DNA from: Vulcanimicrobiota bacterium
GTDB lineage: Bacteria > Vulcanimicrobiota > Vulcanimicrobiia > Vulcanimicrobiales > Vulcanimicrobiaceae
Assembly: GCA_963733295.1 (NCBI GenBank)
Contig: CAVTCS010000003.1
Coordinates: 2,368,001 to 2,432,000 of the forward strand
Direction: 5' to 3'
DNA length: 64,000 nt
Shown: positions 61,874 through 64,000 of the stretch, piece by piece
How positions within the stretch are numbered: position 1 is the first letter of the stretch
Layout of the letters: every line of letters starts with the position of its first letter
Program-made: the position numbers and the translations under genes
Notes under the pieces: generated by a model
Told to the model about the DNA's origin: nothing
The model's database searches: none
Seen by the model: the letters and a program-made list of their open reading frames with translations, nothing else

Positions 61874-62797
61874 TTGCGCCCGGTGCCCTATTTCCGCCTC
61901 CTGGGCGCGCAGCTCGCTATCGGCGCAGCGGCCATCTTCGCGCGCTATGCGCTGTCCGGGACCGGCCCAATCGCGGTTTCCGCATTGCGCCTCATCGTCG
62001 CGGCGCTGCCGCTCGTCGCGCTGGCGCTTCTCGCGCGGCCGCGCGTCCGCCTCAGTCTGCGGCGCGAGGCAGCGTTTGCTCTGGCAGGTCTGGCGCTGGC
62101 GGTTCACTTCGCCGCGTGGATCGGCTCGCTGCTGTACACCTCCGTCGCGATATCGACGCTGCTGGTTACGACGACCCCGCTCTTCACCGAGATCTACGAC
62201 GCTCTCGCGCAGCGTCGTCCGCCGGGTCGCACGTATCTCGTCGCATTGGGGTTAGCCCTTGCGGGCGTGGCTCTTATCGCTTTGCAGCGCGCGACGCCGG
62301 CGCCGGTGCCGGGCCGAGCCGCGCTCGGTAGCGCGCTAGCGCTCGGCGGCGCAATTGCGATTGCGGCTTACCTCTTGATCGTACGCAGCGCGGGCGCGCG
62401 TCCGGCTTCCGGAACGCCGCTGCCGACGCGTCAGATCGTAGCGCGAACCTACGCTTGGGCGGCAATCGCACTGACGCTGCTCGCGTGCGTCGCCCATCAA
62501 GGACCACCGCCGCCGGCAAACGTGACGAGCTGGCTTGGAATTCTAGCGATGGCGCTCGTGTCCCAATTGCTCGGACACACGGCGCTCAACGCCGCGCTGC
62601 GCACGTTCACGCCCAGCATCGTATCCCTGACGACGCTGCTCGAGCCGTTGATTGCGGCCCTACTCGCAGCCGCGTTGTTTCACGAAGGCCTTTCGCTTCA
62701 AACGATCGCCGGCGGAGCGCTCGTTCTGACGGCCGTGGCGCTCACCCTCGCCTCGGCGAAACCCATGCAACCCGGAGGAAACCTTCAGGCCCTCTGA
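61874..62797 (+). CDS. DMT/EamA family transporter
   Basis: About ten TM helices with HFAAWIGSL, QLLGH and LLEP. Confidence 0.85.
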   Translation: MRPVPYFRLLGAQLAIGAAAIFARYALSGTGPIAVSALRLIVAALPLVALALLARPRVRLSLRREAAFALAGLALAVHFAAWIGSLLYTSVAISTLLVTTTPLFTEIYDALAQRRPPGRTYLVALGLALAGVALIALQRATPAPVPGRAALGSALALGGAIAIAAYLLIVRSAGARPASGTPLPTRQIVARTYAWAAIALTLLACVAHQGPPPPANVTSWLGILAMALVSQLLGHTALNAALRTFTPSIVSLTTLLEPLIAALLAAALFHEGLSLQTIAGGALVLTAVALTLASAKPMQPGGNLQAL

Positions 62798-62811
62798 GAG
62801 AACCTCTTAGC

Positions 62812-64000
62812 ATGGACTGGAACGCCGAACGAGCCCGGATTGAGGCCGAGTGGGAACGCACCGAACATTGGAATCACTGGGGGCCGTACCTCAGCGACCG
62901 GCAGTGGGGAACCGTTCGCGAAGATTACAGTCGCGACGGGACGGCGTGGGAATACTTCCCGTTCGATCACGCGCGCTTGCGAGCGTACCGCTGGGGCGAG
63001 GACGGAATATTCGGCATTTGTGACGACAAGCAGCGCCTTTGTTTCGCACCCGCTTTTTGGAACGGCGCCGATCCGATTCTCAAAGAGCGGTTTTTCGGCC
63101 TCACCAATAGTCAGGGCAATCACGGCGAGGATGTCAAAGAGCAATACTACCACCTCGATAACGTGCCCTCGCACGCCTACATGTCGGCGCTCTACAAGTA
63201 TCCGCAGCGCGCGTTTCCGTACGCCGACCTGCTGGAAACGAACGCAAAGCGCTCGCGTTTCGATCCGGAATACGAGCTGGTCGATACCGGCGTCTTCAAC
63301 GACGACGCCTACTTCGACATCCACGTCGAATACGCCAAGCGCGAAGAGAAGGATCTCTTGGTGCGGATTACCGCGACCAACCGCGGCAAAGCGCCCGCTC
63401 CGTTGCATCTCGTCCCGCAACTGTGGTTCCGCAACGACTGGTCTTGGAAACCGGACACGATAAAACCGTCCATCGAGCCGCTCGCCGGCCACGCTCGCGC
63501 ATTTAGCGCGCAGCACCCAACACTCGGCGAGTACCGCTTCCATTACGCGGGCGACCCAAGCGTGCTCGTCACCGAGAACGAGACGAACTACGAAGCGCTC
63601 TACGGGGTGGGGAACGCGCGACCGTACGTCAAGGACGGGATCGATCGCGCGATCGTGCATGGCGACACGGCCGGCGTCAATCCGGAGCTTCGCGGCACGA
63701 AGCTCGCTCTGCACTACTTCTTCACGCTAGCTCCGGGCGAAGCGCGACAGATTCGCCTGCGTCTGACGGCTGGAGACGATCTGCAAGAAGCGCTCGATGA
63801 GTCCTTCGAAACGACGTTCAAAGAACGGATCTTCGAGGCCGACCGCTTCTACGCGGCGCTGAATCCGCATTCGACGAGCAAAGACCGGCGCCACGTGCAA
63901 CGAGCCGCATTCGCGGGCATGCTTTGGAACAAGCAATTCTACTTCTACGTCGTGCGCGACTGGCTGAAAGGCGACCCGCTCATGCCGCCGCCTCCGCCCG
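62812..64000 (+). CDS. Second MGH1-like glucosidase (3' end outside window)
   Basis: Manual translation from ATG 62812 gives WGPYLSDRQWGTVREDYS, YRWGEDG, GNHGEDVKE and AGMLWNKQFY. It is absent from the ORF track, apparently because no stop occurs before the edge. Confidence 0.9.
   Translation, partial: MDWNAERARIEAEWERTEHWNHWGPYLSDRQWGTVREDYSRDGTAWEYFPFDHARLRAYRWGEDGIFGICDDKQRLCFAPAFWNGADPILKERFFGLTNSQGNHGEDVKEQYYHLDNVPSHAYMSALYKYPQRAFPYADLLETNAKRSRFDPEYELVDTGVFNDDAYFDIHVEYAKREEKDLLVRITATNRGKAPAPLHLVPQLWFRNDWSWKPDTIKPSIEPLAGHARAFSAQHPTLGEYRFHYAGDPSVLVTENETNYEALYGVGNARPYVKDGIDRAIVHGDTAGVNPELRGTKLALHYFFTLAPGEARQIRLRLTAGDDLQEALDESFETTFKERIFEADRFYAALNPHSTSKDRRHVQRAAFAGMLWNKQFYFYVVRDWLKGDPLMPPPPP

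Overview
This is a GC-rich, gene-dense bacterial chromosomal segment. The style of its secreted proteins suggests Eremiobacterota/Vulcanimicrobiia, but that is inference only. In order it carries: a Tat-exported MsrP-like molybdoenzyme plus cytochrome b; a leucine-catabolism operon (liuC, liuD, liuE) with liuD broken by a 1-nt frameshift at a C7 run; rmuC; a GT4; a rearranged sugar ABC system with an IlvD/Edd dehydratase; a cytochrome c-PQQ dehydrogenase fusion; purKE; a GH5-like hydrolase; M48 and S53 proteases; and a znuABC-like operon. Divergent from that operon is a tightly packed 7-gene operon (RcnA-like Ni/Co transporter, NiCoT, split DUF4331 pair, TPR protein, second split DUF4331 pair). 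Next come tRNA-Ala(CGC), an integrase-less islet bounded by a degenerate copy of the tRNA 3' end, accessory hydrolases, a split transketolase, mntP, a CPA1 antiporter, a stand-alone LigD polymerase domain, thiC with a TPP riboswitch, an M61 peptidase, EamA and a second MGH1-like glucosidase. The best candidate for an uncharacterised system is the DUF4331-TPR-Ni/Co transporter operon, whose first DUF4331 protein is predicted to expose an N-terminal Ser-Asp-His (ATCUN-type Ni/Cu site) after signal cleavage. All family calls come from motif recognition by eye; no searches were run.
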